NCBI GenBank assembly: GCA_022451925.1
Contig: JAKUNL010000021.1
Location: forward strand, 1 to 45,563
Length of the DNA stretch: 45,563 bases
Reading direction: 5' to 3'
From: Dehalococcoidia bacterium
Lineage (GTDB): Bacteria; Chloroflexota; Dehalococcoidia; Lucifugimonadales; UBA3495
The position numbers and the translations under genes are program-made. Positions 28,224-38,167 of this stretch are shown piece by piece. The notes beneath the pieces are model-generated. The model saw only the letters and a program-made list of their open reading frames with translations, was not told where the DNA came from and did not search any database. Each line of letters opens with the position of its first letter. The first letter of the stretch is position 1.

Positions 28224-29912
28224 TTATTCGCCAGAGATTCCGATACCAAGTTTGTGGATCTCTTCATCGATTAATTCAGGATCCAACTTAGTATACAGAG
28301 GAGATGGCTGCCTCAAGTTAGCACCCGCTTTTATCTGGCCAACGGCCGCGTCAAAGTCCCAAGAGCACTGCTCCACCGGTCCATCAAATCCCAGAAACTC
28401 ATGCACCTTCTGCGAACTGAATGGCATGAATGGATATAGGATTGCCTTGAGGCAATTGATGGTCTGCATCGCCACCGTCAGGCTAGAACCAGCCAACTCC
28501 CGATCTTCTTTGATTGACTTCCACGGAGCCTTGGTATCCAGGTAGCGGTTAGCCTCTTGCGCCAAACCAAAGGCCTGGGTAACTGCCACCTTAAACTTGC
28601 AGTTGTACAGATTGTCGCTTACCGAGTCCATCGTCTCACTAGCCGTACGGAGCAGTCGCTCATCCACTTCATCCATGGACTCAACCCCGGGCACTTTTCC
28701 GTCAAAATTCCGGAATGTGAACGACAGCACTCGATTCACCAGATTGCCATAAGTGGCTACAAGTTCTTCGTTGTTCCGTCGCACGAACTCGGACCAAGAG
28801 AAATCCGAGTCCCCAGACTCTGGCATATTGATAGACAATAGATATCGCAGCGGGTCGGGGTCGTACTTATCCAGGTAGTCCGGCACCCATACGGCCCAGT
28901 TCTGGCTGGTGGAGAACTTCTGGTTCTCCAGACTCAAAAACTCGTTGGCTGGAACGTCATAGGGGAGGTTTAATCCTTGGTCATAAGCCATAATTATGGC
29001 TGGCCAGATTATACTGTGGAAAGGGATGTTATCCTTGCCTATAAAGTAGTAGCTCTTGGTCTCTGGGTCCTTCCAGAAATCTTCCCAGTTGGTTCCATTT
29101 TCATCAGCCCACTGCACTGCTGCTGACAGGTATCCGATTACGGCCTCGAACCAAACGTAAATGCGCTTGCCTTCGTAGCCATCAACAGGCAAATGCACTC
29201 CCCAAGACAGGTCACGGGAAATTGCCCTATCCTTGAGGCCATCTCGGAGGAACTGTCTGGTGAAGTTCTTGACGTTGCTACGCCAATGTACCTGTTTCTC
29301 GACCCACTCCAACAGCGGTTTCTCGAAGGCTGACAGCTTCAGAAAGAAATGTTCCGATTCCCGAAATTCGGGCGTTGTTCCACAGATAGAGCAGTGGGGT
29401 TCCACCAAGTCTTGTGGATCGAGGGTTCGCCCACAGGCGTCACATTGGTCGCCACGAGCGCGGCCGTTATTGCAATTTGGGCAGGTTCCCTCTACGTATC
29501 GGTCAGGCAGATATCGGTCACATCGGGAGCAGTAGGCTAACAGCATGTTGTCGGTGTAGATAAAACCTTTTTCGTACAGGGCATCGAAAACGTCGTGAAC
29601 CACCTTTGCATGGTTTGCGGTCTCGGTCGATGTAAATAGATCAAACGAGATACCCAACTTATCCCACGAATCAATGAACATTGCATGGTATCGATCCACA
29701 ACCTGCTCTGGGGTTATACCTTCCTGGTCGGCGCGAATAGTTATAGGAGTGCCATGGGTATCGCTACCCGAGACCATAAGGACTTCATTGCCCTTCATGC
29801 GATGATAACGGGCGAAGATATCGGCGCTCAGATAGCAACCGGCTACATGACCAAGGTGGAGTGGACCATTGGCATAAGGCCAGGCCACGGCCACAAATAT
29901 GCGTTCAGACAA
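28224..29912 (-). CDS. metG: Methionine--tRNA ligase
   Basis: WPYANGPLHLGH, Zn-knuckle CxxC motifs, YVWFEA, GKDNIPFH, KFSTS. Confidence 0.97.
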   Translation of the reverse strand: MSERIFVAVAWPYANGPLHLGHVAGCYLSADIFARYHRMKGNEVLMVSGSDTHGTPITIRADQEGITPEQVVDRYHAMFIDSWDKLGISFDLFTSTETANHAKVVHDVFDALYEKGFIYTDNMLLAYCSRCDRYLPDRYVEGTCPNCNNGRARGDQCDACGRTLDPQDLVEPHCSICGTTPEFRESEHFFLKLSAFEKPLLEWVEKQVHWRSNVKNFTRQFLRDGLKDRAISRDLSWGVHLPVDGYEGKRIYVWFEAVIGYLSAAVQWADENGTNWEDFWKDPETKSYYFIGKDNIPFHSIIWPAIIMAYDQGLNLPYDVPANEFLSLENQKFSTSQNWAVWVPDYLDKYDPDPLRYLLSINMPESGDSDFSWSEFVRRNNEELVATYGNLVNRVLSFTFRNFDGKVPGVESMDEVDERLLRTASETMDSVSDNLYNCKFKVAVTQAFGLAQEANRYLDTKAPWKSIKEDRELAGSSLTVAMQTINCLKAILYPFMPFSSQKVHEFLGFDGPVEQCSWDFDAAVGQIKAGANLRQPSPLYTKLDPELIDEEIHKLGIGISGE

Positions 29913-30074
29913 TGGGAAACTACTCGTTATGATTTATGGATTTGGGCGCAAATGATTCTATCACAGTGCGAGTGCTGCACATGCTTAAATACTATATGTC
30001 AATTGGAAGACCCAAGACGACAAAATCTAACCGACCGAGAATCTACTAAGATAAACTAATAATCCGAATACATC

Positions 30075-30614
30075 GTGGAATCAAACGCCGGCCGTTTTGA
30101 AAATCAGAAGAGAACCGCTATGAAATACAGCGAACATGCCAATGTTATCGGCCAGGATCAGAGCCGGTGCGAAGCCGACACACTGAACGGGGAAGACCTG
30201 ACCACCTGGCAGGTACACGTCACAGGACTACGTGAGTATGATACCTTTCTTAACCTGGCCATGAAGTTCACCTACGTTTGTATGGTAGTCGCATCACCTT
30301 TGTCAAAGGTATTTTATGTCCTGGGAACTCCCTTGAGGTTGGTTGGATACGGTGGATCGGGGCTACTCCACGTATTGTTCCGACTGCTGCTAGCCCCCTT
30401 CTTCGGGACAGTCCTCTTAACCTCATCCATCTGGACCAACGTCAAACAACTAAGACCGATCCTCACGGTCATAGGCCCCATATTTGTGATTCTAACCCTC
30501 TGGTTATTAGCATTATTCCCAGAAGAATTGGAGACGAAAGAGACTAAGGAAAAACTATGTAAGAATTGGCCGCTGAGTAGGAGACGGTTGGAGTGGGAAA
30601 GGGGTCACTACTGA
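30075..30614 (+). CDS. Hypothetical membrane protein
   Basis: 179-aa ORF with several hydrophobic segments; start uncertain (possibly ATG 30120). Confidence 0.55.
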   Translation: MESNAGRFENQKRTAMKYSEHANVIGQDQSRCEADTLNGEDLTTWQVHVTGLREYDTFLNLAMKFTYVCMVVASPLSKVFYVLGTPLRLVGYGGSGLLHVLFRLLLAPFFGTVLLTSSIWTNVKQLRPILTVIGPIFVILTLWLLALFPEELETKETKEKLCKNWPLSRRRLEWERGHY

Positions 30615-30755
30615 ACGGAAAACCCAATTGCATATAAATGGACCTTAACCCACTTCATATTCTCAGACTTGAATTGGACAAAATATACTTGGCAAGCGCC
30701 TTGGGGCGCACGCGATGGCGTGGGCTATATAACTTTCCTATTACATTATGTTTGT

Positions 30756-30784
30756 TTGACAAGGCCTAAGCCCACTGATACCAT
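30756..30784 (+). promoter_or_regulatory. Sigma70-type promoter of the T-box/ilv operon
   Basis: TTGACA-N17-TACCAT just upstream of T-box stem I. Confidence 0.7.
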
Positions 30785-30807
30785 TCTTTAGTTACATTAC
30801 AAACTCC

Positions 30808-31066
30808 GCTGGGAATGGGAGTAGTACGGATACCCTGTCTGAGAGAGCCGGCGATTGGTGTGAATCCGGTGGCAGTAGGATCCCGAACTCGCCCAGGAGC
30901 GGCCCGCCCGAAATACCAGTAAGGCGCGGCGGTTGACACCGATAAAATGTCTTCGAGTGGCCAAGCGGCATAAACCGACTTTAGATGAGGTCTAACGCAA
31001 GGCCAGAAGAAGGGTGGTACCACGGACCTATCGGCCCGTCCCTTCCATATGGGATGGGTTTTTTTT
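30808..31066 (+). ncRNA. T-box riboswitch leader (Leu, CUC specifier) with transcription terminator
   Basis: AGTAG, GAGAGAG and GGTGTGAA stem-I motifs; GAA-CTC specifier (30888-30890); AGTA in stem II; AAGGGTGGTACCACGG T-box (31010-31025) pairing with CGTCCCTT; CCCGTCCC/GGGATGGG + T8 terminator. Confidence 0.93.
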
Positions 31067-31123
31067 ATGGGATTTTTCGTTCTAGACTCTTACGGACGTC
31101 CTAATCGGACCTGAGCTTAAAAA

Positions 31124-32818
31124 ATGGAATTAACCGGCGCTGAAATAGTCTGCGAAAGCCTTCTGAAAGAGGGCGCTGATGTAATCTTTGGACTGCCTGG
31201 TGGTGCGGTGCTTCCCCTATATGGGGCTCTCGCCAACTACCCGAAAATACGCCACATCTTAGTCCGCCACGAACAGGCCGCTGCCATGGCTGCAGACGGA
31301 TACGCCCGCGCCACCGGCAAGGCTGGAGTCTGCGTCGCAACGTCTGGCCCAGGAGCGACCAACCTAGTCACCGGCATCGCCGCAGCCCAAATGGACTCGG
31401 TACCTATGGTCGCCATTACCGGCCAAGTCCCCAGGCCTTACATAGGCACAGACGCCTTCCAAGAGACCGATGTTACCGGCGTGACGCTCCCAATCACCAA
31501 GCACAACATCCTGGTCATGAAAGTAGAAGACGTAGCTCAGGCTATCCATGACGCTTTCTACATAGCCAACAGCGGACGTCCTGGCCCAGTACTCGTGGAC
31601 ATTCCTCGAGACGTTTTACTAGGTGCAAAGACCGAGTTTATATGGCCTGAAACCCACAAACTTCCCGGCTATAGGATTCCAGGTCCAGCCGACGAAACCG
31701 AGGTAATCGCCGCCGCTGCATTAATCAACCAGTCCCAACGTCCATTAATCATGGCTGGTCACGGTATGCTGATATCCCATGCATATTCTCTGATGACCGA
31801 GATGGCCGAGAAGGCCCAAATTCCGGTTATCACAACATTACTCGGAATCAGCTCTATTGCATCAGATCATGAACTTAATCTGGGTATGTCCGGTATGCAC
31901 GGCATGGCCTACGCCAACTTGGCCATTGATGAGGCCGACCTGATCATTGGTTTGGGTATGCGGTTCGACGACCGCGTTACAGGAAGGATTTCAGCCTTTG
32001 CGCCCAACGCCAAATTCGTCCACGTGGACATCGACGCATCGGAGATTGACAAAAATGTCCAGACCGACATTGGTGTCTGCGGTGACCTGAAATCAGTCAT
32101 GGAACAATTGCTTCCCAAGGTGGAGCCGAACGTTCATATTGACTGGCTCAGGCACATCCAGGAATTGAAGGATCAACATCCGTCTCACATAGTTCGGCAA
32201 TCAGAAGAGTTGCTACCTCAGTATGTTCTCCAACGTCTGACGGAAGTCACTCAAGGGCATGGCATAGTCGTAACGGGTGTAGGACAGCACCAGATGTGGG
32301 CCGCCCAGCATTGTCTCTTCAGGGAACCTAACACCTTCATAACCTCTGGCGGATTGGGAACCATGGGATTCGAAGTCCCCGCTGCCTTAGGGGCCCAGGT
32401 GGGCCGCCCCGATACCACTGTCTGGTCAGTCTGCGGCGACGGGGGGTTCCAAATGACCATGTGCGATATCGCTACTGCCGTTGAGAGCGGGGCAGACGTT
32501 AAGTTTGCCATATTGAACAATAAAAACTTAGGCATGGTTCACCAGTTGCAGGACGTGTTCTTCGAGAAAGATTACATGGCTAGCGAGTTCTCGGCCAACC
32601 CCGACTTCGTAAAAATTGCCGAAGCCTACGGAATCCGCGGCATCCGCGTCACTAAACAAGAAGAAGTGGTAGATGCGGTTCAACAAGCCATGGAGACCGC
32701 GGGTCCAGTAATTGTAGACTTTATGGTAAAAGAAGACGAGATTGTCTTCCCATTCATACCGTCCGGCCAATCAGTAAACGAGATGCTAGAAGAGCCAGCT
32801 CATAACGGGACTTCCTAG
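31124..32818 (+). CDS. ilvB: Acetolactate synthase large subunit
   Basis: FGLPGG, RHEQ, TSGPGATN, FQE, RFDDR, GQHQM, SGGLGTMG, GDGGFQM, NN..LGMV. Confidence 0.96.
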   Translation: MELTGAEIVCESLLKEGADVIFGLPGGAVLPLYGALANYPKIRHILVRHEQAAAMAADGYARATGKAGVCVATSGPGATNLVTGIAAAQMDSVPMVAITGQVPRPYIGTDAFQETDVTGVTLPITKHNILVMKVEDVAQAIHDAFYIANSGRPGPVLVDIPRDVLLGAKTEFIWPETHKLPGYRIPGPADETEVIAAAALINQSQRPLIMAGHGMLISHAYSLMTEMAEKAQIPVITTLLGISSIASDHELNLGMSGMHGMAYANLAIDEADLIIGLGMRFDDRVTGRISAFAPNAKFVHVDIDASEIDKNVQTDIGVCGDLKSVMEQLLPKVEPNVHIDWLRHIQELKDQHPSHIVRQSEELLPQYVLQRLTEVTQGHGIVVTGVGQHQMWAAQHCLFREPNTFITSGGLGTMGFEVPAALGAQVGRPDTTVWSVCGDGGFQMTMCDIATAVESGADVKFAILNNKNLGMVHQLQDVFFEKDYMASEFSANPDFVKIAEAYGIRGIRVTKQEEVVDAVQQAMETAGPVIVDFMVKEDEIVFPFIPSGQSVNEMLEEPAHNGTS

Positions 32819-32819
32819 C

Positions 32820-33380
32820 ATGGCCCAGATAAACGAGATAGAACAACACACGCTAATCGCCCTAGTCGAGGACAAACCAGGGGTATTGAACCGTGTTGCC
32901 AGCATGTTTCGACGCCGCGGGTTCAACATCATCAGCCTAGCCGTTGGAAACAGTGAACAAGCAGGTCTATCGCGCATGACCTTTGTGGTGAATGGTGACT
33001 ACCGCACGGTCAGCCAGGTGGCTAAACAGTTGGACAAACTTATTGACGTCTTAGAAGTTGCCGACATATCCGAAGCGCGAATTGTTGCCCGAGAATTGGC
33101 CATGATCAAGGTCAGCACCACCCCGATGACCAGAGGCGAGATAATACAGATTGTAAACCTCTTCCGGGCCAACATAATAGATGTTGGTGGCGACTCGATG
33201 ATCATTGAAATCACAGGCGAAGGGGACAAGATAGACGCTTTGTATGATCTGCTATCACCCTTTGGAATCACCGAAATGTCTCGTTCTGGAATCGTAGCCA
33301 TGGAACGAGGAAAATCCAACGGCCTGACCGACGGACACAAGAACAATAATGTGCACTCCAATGGCACTGGCAGCTCGTGA
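32820..33380 (+). CDS. ilvN: Acetolactate synthase small subunit
   Basis: VEDKPGVLNRV..MFRRRGFNI.SL, SRMT, KQLDKL, RELA, EI.G. Confidence 0.96.
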   Translation: MAQINEIEQHTLIALVEDKPGVLNRVASMFRRRGFNIISLAVGNSEQAGLSRMTFVVNGDYRTVSQVAKQLDKLIDVLEVADISEARIVARELAMIKVSTTPMTRGEIIQIVNLFRANIIDVGGDSMIIEITGEGDKIDALYDLLSPFGITEMSRSGIVAMERGKSNGLTDGHKNNNVHSNGTGSS

Positions 33381-33447
33381 GGTATTAATATCTGGCCAAG
33401 ATGCCCTCGGCTTCAAATAAGAAGATAAATGGAAAGGAAAAACTAAA

Positions 33448-34443
33448 ATGGTAGATGTTTATTACGACAAGGATGCAGACCTAAAGCACCTGGAAGGCAA
33501 GACAATCGGAATGGTCGGTTACGGCAGCCAGGGCCACGCCCACGCCCTCAACCTCAAGGACAACGGCCAAGACGTGGTCGTTGGACTATACCCTGAGAGC
33601 GGCAGTCGGGCCGTAGCCGAAGCAGCTGGTCTGCGTGTATCCGACGTCCCAGATGTGGCCAAAGAGGCCGACGTTTTGATGATGGTCATACCCGACCATA
33701 TCCAGGGCCGTATCTACCGTGAGCAGATTGAGCCCAACCTTAGACCCGGCAGCGCCTTGATGGTGGCCCACGGTTTCAGTATCCATTACGGAGAGGTTGT
33801 GCCTCCGGCCAGCATGGATGTAATGATGGTCGCCCCCAAGGCTCCTGGTCACCGTATGCGTGAACTATTCACCGAAGGTGTAGGAGTACCAAGCCTATTA
33901 GCCGTCCACCAAGACGCCTCCGGAAACGCCAAAGACATTGGGCTGGCCTATGCTAAAGGCATAGGCAGCACAGGTTCTGGCGTGCTGATGACCACTCTAC
34001 AATTTGAGACTGAGAGCGACCTCTTCGGCGAGCAGACAATACTATGCGGTGGTGTCAGCTCCCTAGTCAAAGCAGCTTTTGACACCCTGGTAGAAGGCGG
34101 ATATCCCCCGGAGATCGCCTTCTTTGAATGTCTGCACGAGCTTAAGATGATCGTTGATCTGATGTACCAAGGCGGATTTAACTACATGCGATACTCCGTC
34201 AGCGACACCGCAGAGTACGGAGACCTGAGCCGCGGCCCACGCATCATTGACGAACACGTACGAGACAATATGCGCGCCGTGTTGAAAGAAATTCAAGACG
34301 GCACATTTGCGAAGGAATGGATTACCGAGAACGACGAAGGCCGACCGAGATTTAACGCTCTGCGGGAGCAAGCGCAACACAGTCAGATCGAAGACATCGG
34401 CAAGGAACTTAGGGCCATGATGCCCTGGATGGACCCGAAATAA
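33448..34443 (+). CDS. ilvC: Ketol-acid reductoisomerase
   Basis: [44 protein letters not shown]. Confidence 0.97.
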   Translation: MVDVYYDKDADLKHLEGKTIGMVGYGSQGHAHALNLKDNGQDVVVGLYPESGSRAVAEAAGLRVSDVPDVAKEADVLMMVIPDHIQGRIYREQIEPNLRPGSALMVAHGFSIHYGEVVPPASMDVMMVAPKAPGHRMRELFTEGVGVPSLLAVHQDASGNAKDIGLAYAKGIGSTGSGVLMTTLQFETESDLFGEQTILCGGVSSLVKAAFDTLVEGGYPPEIAFFECLHELKMIVDLMYQGGFNYMRYSVSDTAEYGDLSRGPRIIDEHVRDNMRAVLKEIQDGTFAKEWITENDEGRPRFNALREQAQHSQIEDIGKELRAMMPWMDPK

Positions 34444-34665
34444 TTCGGCGTGATTCGACTGACCCAAATTTGGTAATACAAAGTTAGTGGAGTAATCTGA
34501 TGAGTAATCCGGAGGCGTTGAGTGTAGTCAATCATCGCCCGCTGGTCCTGGCAGGGCTGGCGGCGGTTGACTACATGCACCTTGGGCCCCTTTCCTAACA
34601 CCATAGTTAGCGGAAAACCAGCAACCCAAAACATAAGCCAATCGGAAAGGGATTAGGTAGATAAA

Positions 34666-36231
34666 ATGGCTAAAGAAAAAGTATTACTCTTGGACACCAC
34701 CCTCCGTGACGGAGAACAATCGGCCGGTATAGGTATGACCGGTGACGAAAAGATGGAGATAGCCCGCCAATTGCAAAAGATGCAGGTGGACATCATAGAG
34801 GCTGGCTTTGCAGCCAGTTCTCCCGGAGACTTTGAAGCAGTATCCAACATCGCCAAAGAAGTCGACGGACCTATCATCGCATCTTTGGCACGAGCCGTTG
34901 CCGACGACGTGGACCAGGCCGCAAAAGCAGTTGAAAGTTCCAAGCGGCCCCGCATCCACGTGTTCCTATCATCATCAGAGATTCACCAAATGCACCAACT
35001 TCGGAAGAACAGGGAAGATGTACTTGAGATGGCCATCAAAAGCGTTGAGCGGGCTAAAAGCTACTGTGACGACGTGGAATTCTCTCCCATGGACGCAACC
35101 CGAACCAACCCTGAGTACCTTTTCCACATGCTGGAAGAGGTCATTAAGGCAGGTGCAACCACCATCAACATAGCTGATACCGTGGGCTACGCCATACCAT
35201 CAGCAACTGGATTCGGCCAGTTGCTGAAAGATGTACAGGCCAACGTTAATGGAATAAACGACATTACTCTAAGCGTACACTGCCACAACGACCTAGGCTT
35301 GGCCGTGGCCAACAGCCTAATCGCCGTTGAGTTTGGCGCCCGGCAAGTGGAAGGCTGCATCAACGGCATCGGCGAACGCGCTGGCAACGCCTCCATTGAG
35401 GAGATCATTATGGGTCTAGACACCAGAAAAGACCACTTCGGTATCGAGATCGGCGCAGACACCACCCAGATCTATGGGGCCAGCCGTATGGTTAGCCGAA
35501 TCACCGGCATGAACGTACAATCCAATAAAGCTATCGTCGGTGAGAATGCCTTCAGGCACGCTTCCGGTATCCACCAGGACGGAGTACTAAAAGACCGTTC
35601 CACCTATGAAGTCATGCAGCCAGAGCGCGTCGGCGTTCCGGGCAACAGCATGGTACTGGGCAAGCTAAGCGGGCGTTCCGGACTACAATCAAGGTTGGAA
35701 GACCTTGGTTACAACCTGACTCGCGAGGACATGGCCAAAGTCTTCGAGTCATTTAAGGACCTGGCAGACAAAAAGCGAGAGGTCACGGATCGCGACTTGG
35801 AAATTCTCATGGACGAGGAAAAACGAACGGCCTCGGAGCCCATCAGCTACACCATCGACCATGTTCAATTCACTGGCGGAGACCAGGGTATTCCCACCGC
35901 CACCGTTAAACTAATCGGTCCTGATGGAAATGACATTATAGACTCTTGCACTGGCAACGGCCCGGTGGACGCGGTCTGTAATGCGATTGATCGAGCCATC
36001 GGCTCCGAGTCCAAACTGGTTGATTTCAACGTTCAGGCGGTAACTGAAGGTATCGATTCCCAGGGTACCGTCACCATCCGGATAGAGAAGGATGGCCGCA
36101 CATACACTGGCCGCGGCGCAGACACCGACATTATAGTAGCGAGCGCCAAGGCCTATCTGAGCGCGGTAAACCGCCAACTAGCAGCGGATGACGAATCAAA
36201 CGTACCTGCCCTGGGCAGCACTCCCGATTAG
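34666..36231 (+). CDS. leuA: 2-isopropylmalate synthase
   Basis: DTTLRDGEQ, IEAGF, HCHNDLGLAVAN, GIGERAGN, GIHQDG, LGKLSG, GNGPVDA regulatory domain. Confidence 0.94.
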   Translation: MAKEKVLLLDTTLRDGEQSAGIGMTGDEKMEIARQLQKMQVDIIEAGFAASSPGDFEAVSNIAKEVDGPIIASLARAVADDVDQAAKAVESSKRPRIHVFLSSSEIHQMHQLRKNREDVLEMAIKSVERAKSYCDDVEFSPMDATRTNPEYLFHMLEEVIKAGATTINIADTVGYAIPSATGFGQLLKDVQANVNGINDITLSVHCHNDLGLAVANSLIAVEFGARQVEGCINGIGERAGNASIEEIIMGLDTRKDHFGIEIGADTTQIYGASRMVSRITGMNVQSNKAIVGENAFRHASGIHQDGVLKDRSTYEVMQPERVGVPGNSMVLGKLSGRSGLQSRLEDLGYNLTREDMAKVFESFKDLADKKREVTDRDLEILMDEEKRTASEPISYTIDHVQFTGGDQGIPTATVKLIGPDGNDIIDSCTGNGPVDAVCNAIDRAIGSESKLVDFNVQAVTEGIDSQGTVTIRIEKDGRTYTGRGADTDIIVASAKAYLSAVNRQLAADDESNVPALGSTPD

Positions 36232-36250
36232 CTATTACGGACTTTCAAAT

Positions 36251-36286
36251 TAAAAGGCCACACTGAATCATCAGTGTGGCCTTTTA
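36251..36286. terminator. Bidirectional intrinsic terminator
   Basis: Perfect 16-bp TAAAAGGCCACACTGA/TCAGTGTGGCCTTTTA repeat after leuA. Confidence 0.88.
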
Positions 36287-36378
36287 TATTCCATCCGCAG
36301 AGCCTCAAGTTTTCTAACGTGCCCAAATTACGACAATCACTTTTCCATAACGTTGGATATTGCCCCTTGGACGTGAGT

Positions 36379-37791
36379 CTATTTGGAACGCACGGGCCAG
36401 ACAGGATCATGGTAACCCAAGGGCACAGACGGTCTGGACCAACGAGGCGCGCTTTCTGACAGACCAATGACCGGGCTCAGATGCCCCAGGTTTCCCATAG
36501 GTGTCTCGCTGACCATGAGCCAGCTGGCAATTTCCTCAGGAGTGAACTCTGCTGCCACGTCCTTGAGCTGAGTCTCGGGTATCTCACCCTGGCTGACCAG
36601 CCACCGACCCACCTGCGCCAGAGAGATGCGAACCAGCCAACTTCCTCCCTCGTGGATTCTCTTGTTCAGGGCCACAATTCCGCCAAAAGCCATCAAATAC
36701 CCAGTGAGGTAATCTATGGCAGACACCGGGTAAAACTGGGGTCCGGGAATCGCTCCTGGAAATAGCTCACCTTGGCGCTGGGTGATACCGCTGACCGTCT
36801 GTACAACGGTGTCAAATCCTCGACGTGACGCCCACGGTCCCTCATGGCTGAAGGCGGACAAGGAAATATAGACGATTCCCGGGCGAAGTTCCGCCAATTC
36901 TTCCGGAGACAGGCCTCTTCCGCCAAGCGTACCCGGCCGGTAGCCCTGGGAGAACACGTCAGTTTGACGTACCAATCCGCGCAGAGTTTCCATCTGACGA
37001 CCATCCCGCAAGTCCAACGTAGCGTTCAACTTACCATGGCCGGTGTCATATTCCTGATAACCGATGTTAGGGAGATGCCCAGCAGTTATCTTCATGACAT
37101 CTGCACCATGCTCAGCTAGAGTCCGAGCACAAGTCGGCCCGGCCAGTACCCGCGTTAGGTCCAGAACCCTGACGCCAGACAGGGGTCTGGAACCGTCAGG
37201 TAGCGGTTCGGGCGGGCTATCAGCAATCTTCACGATATCCATCAGTGGCAATGAAGCGATCGCAGCTGCCTGAGGATGTATCGCCCACTCCTCCATACTG
37301 CGAACCATTCCACCTGCGCCTCTGGCTTCTATGATCGCCTCTTCCAGATCAAATGCGTCCCACTTAGCCACTGCCTTAGTTACTTCATCCCGATCTTCAT
37401 TCACACCAAGCACGCTGAGTGCAGCCGCCCGGTGGTTAGGAAAATTGCAGTGAAGATAACTCCACCGGCCGTCCTTGGTGGGATAAGTACCCATCACCAT
37501 ATTCCGCTCGGTTGAAACTCCTGCACCATCCATCTGCATGTACTTTCCGCTGCGCAGAGATGCGGTTGCACGTCGAGCGTCTACAGACACTCGCTGTTTA
37601 CGCCCCGTCTTGGACTCCCAAAGATCAGAAACTGCCAGGCCCACGGCGCTAAGCGCGGCGGTGCTGGTATCTCCGATTCTAAATGATGTGGGCAGAATCG
37701 GATCACTGCCGCCGGTTATCGTAAGATCGTCTAAGCGATCCTCATTCCACCCAGCCAAAGGTAAGAGTCCGCGCAAAATTTCATTATTCAT
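36379..37791 (-). CDS. CoA-transferase family III (CaiB/BaiF), long form
   Basis: PLSGVRVLDLTRVLAGP..RTLAEHGADV, GK, YRPG, RRGFD; AAGGAG RBS. Confidence 0.92.
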   Translation of the reverse strand: MNNEILRGLLPLAGWNEDRLDDLTITGGSDPILPTSFRIGDTSTAALSAVGLAVSDLWESKTGRKQRVSVDARRATASLRSGKYMQMDGAGVSTERNMVMGTYPTKDGRWSYLHCNFPNHRAAALSVLGVNEDRDEVTKAVAKWDAFDLEEAIIEARGAGGMVRSMEEWAIHPQAAAIASLPLMDIVKIADSPPEPLPDGSRPLSGVRVLDLTRVLAGPTCARTLAEHGADVMKITAGHLPNIGYQEYDTGHGKLNATLDLRDGRQMETLRGLVRQTDVFSQGYRPGTLGGRGLSPEELAELRPGIVYISLSAFSHEGPWASRRGFDTVVQTVSGITQRQGELFPGAIPGPQFYPVSAIDYLTGYLMAFGGIVALNKRIHEGGSWLVRISLAQVGRWLVSQGEIPETQLKDVAAEFTPEEIASWLMVSETPMGNLGHLSPVIGLSESAPRWSRPSVPLGYHDPVWPVRSK

Positions 37792-38167
37792 AACTGGAAA
37801 CTCTCCTTAATTTAAGGGCTTGGCAAAATGATCATTGTAGAAACTATATTACCTTAACTATCTGCTTTCCATTCCAAATGCACTAACGAGCGATAGATAC
37901 CCGAGCAGTACTAACAGGCACCTAATGTTAAATTCGAAGACCACATGTGAAATAACTCTGGTTCGCAAAGAGACACACGGGAGACCTATTTCTCCTTCAT
38001 AATACCAGGATAGCTGTCCGGACTGGGTTCCCCACCCGAGAGTTCGAATTCGAAAATGGAGACCCAGCCTACCGTTCCAATATTTCATTTACATTGGAGG
38101 ATTTATTACTGTTGGCCAAGTGATTATCTTGCTGATTGATTTCACCTAGTAATCAGCCATGATAAGA

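Noticed and set aside
30766-31023. 85-aa minus-strand ORF
   Set aside because: Antisense to the T-box leader, which explains the region.
38020-38070. GAGAGTTCGAATTC resembling a tRNA T-arm inside a CTGGGT..CCA/TGG..ACCCAG hairpin
   Set aside because: The T-stem does not pair and no cloverleaf (including tRNA-Sec) can be drawn.
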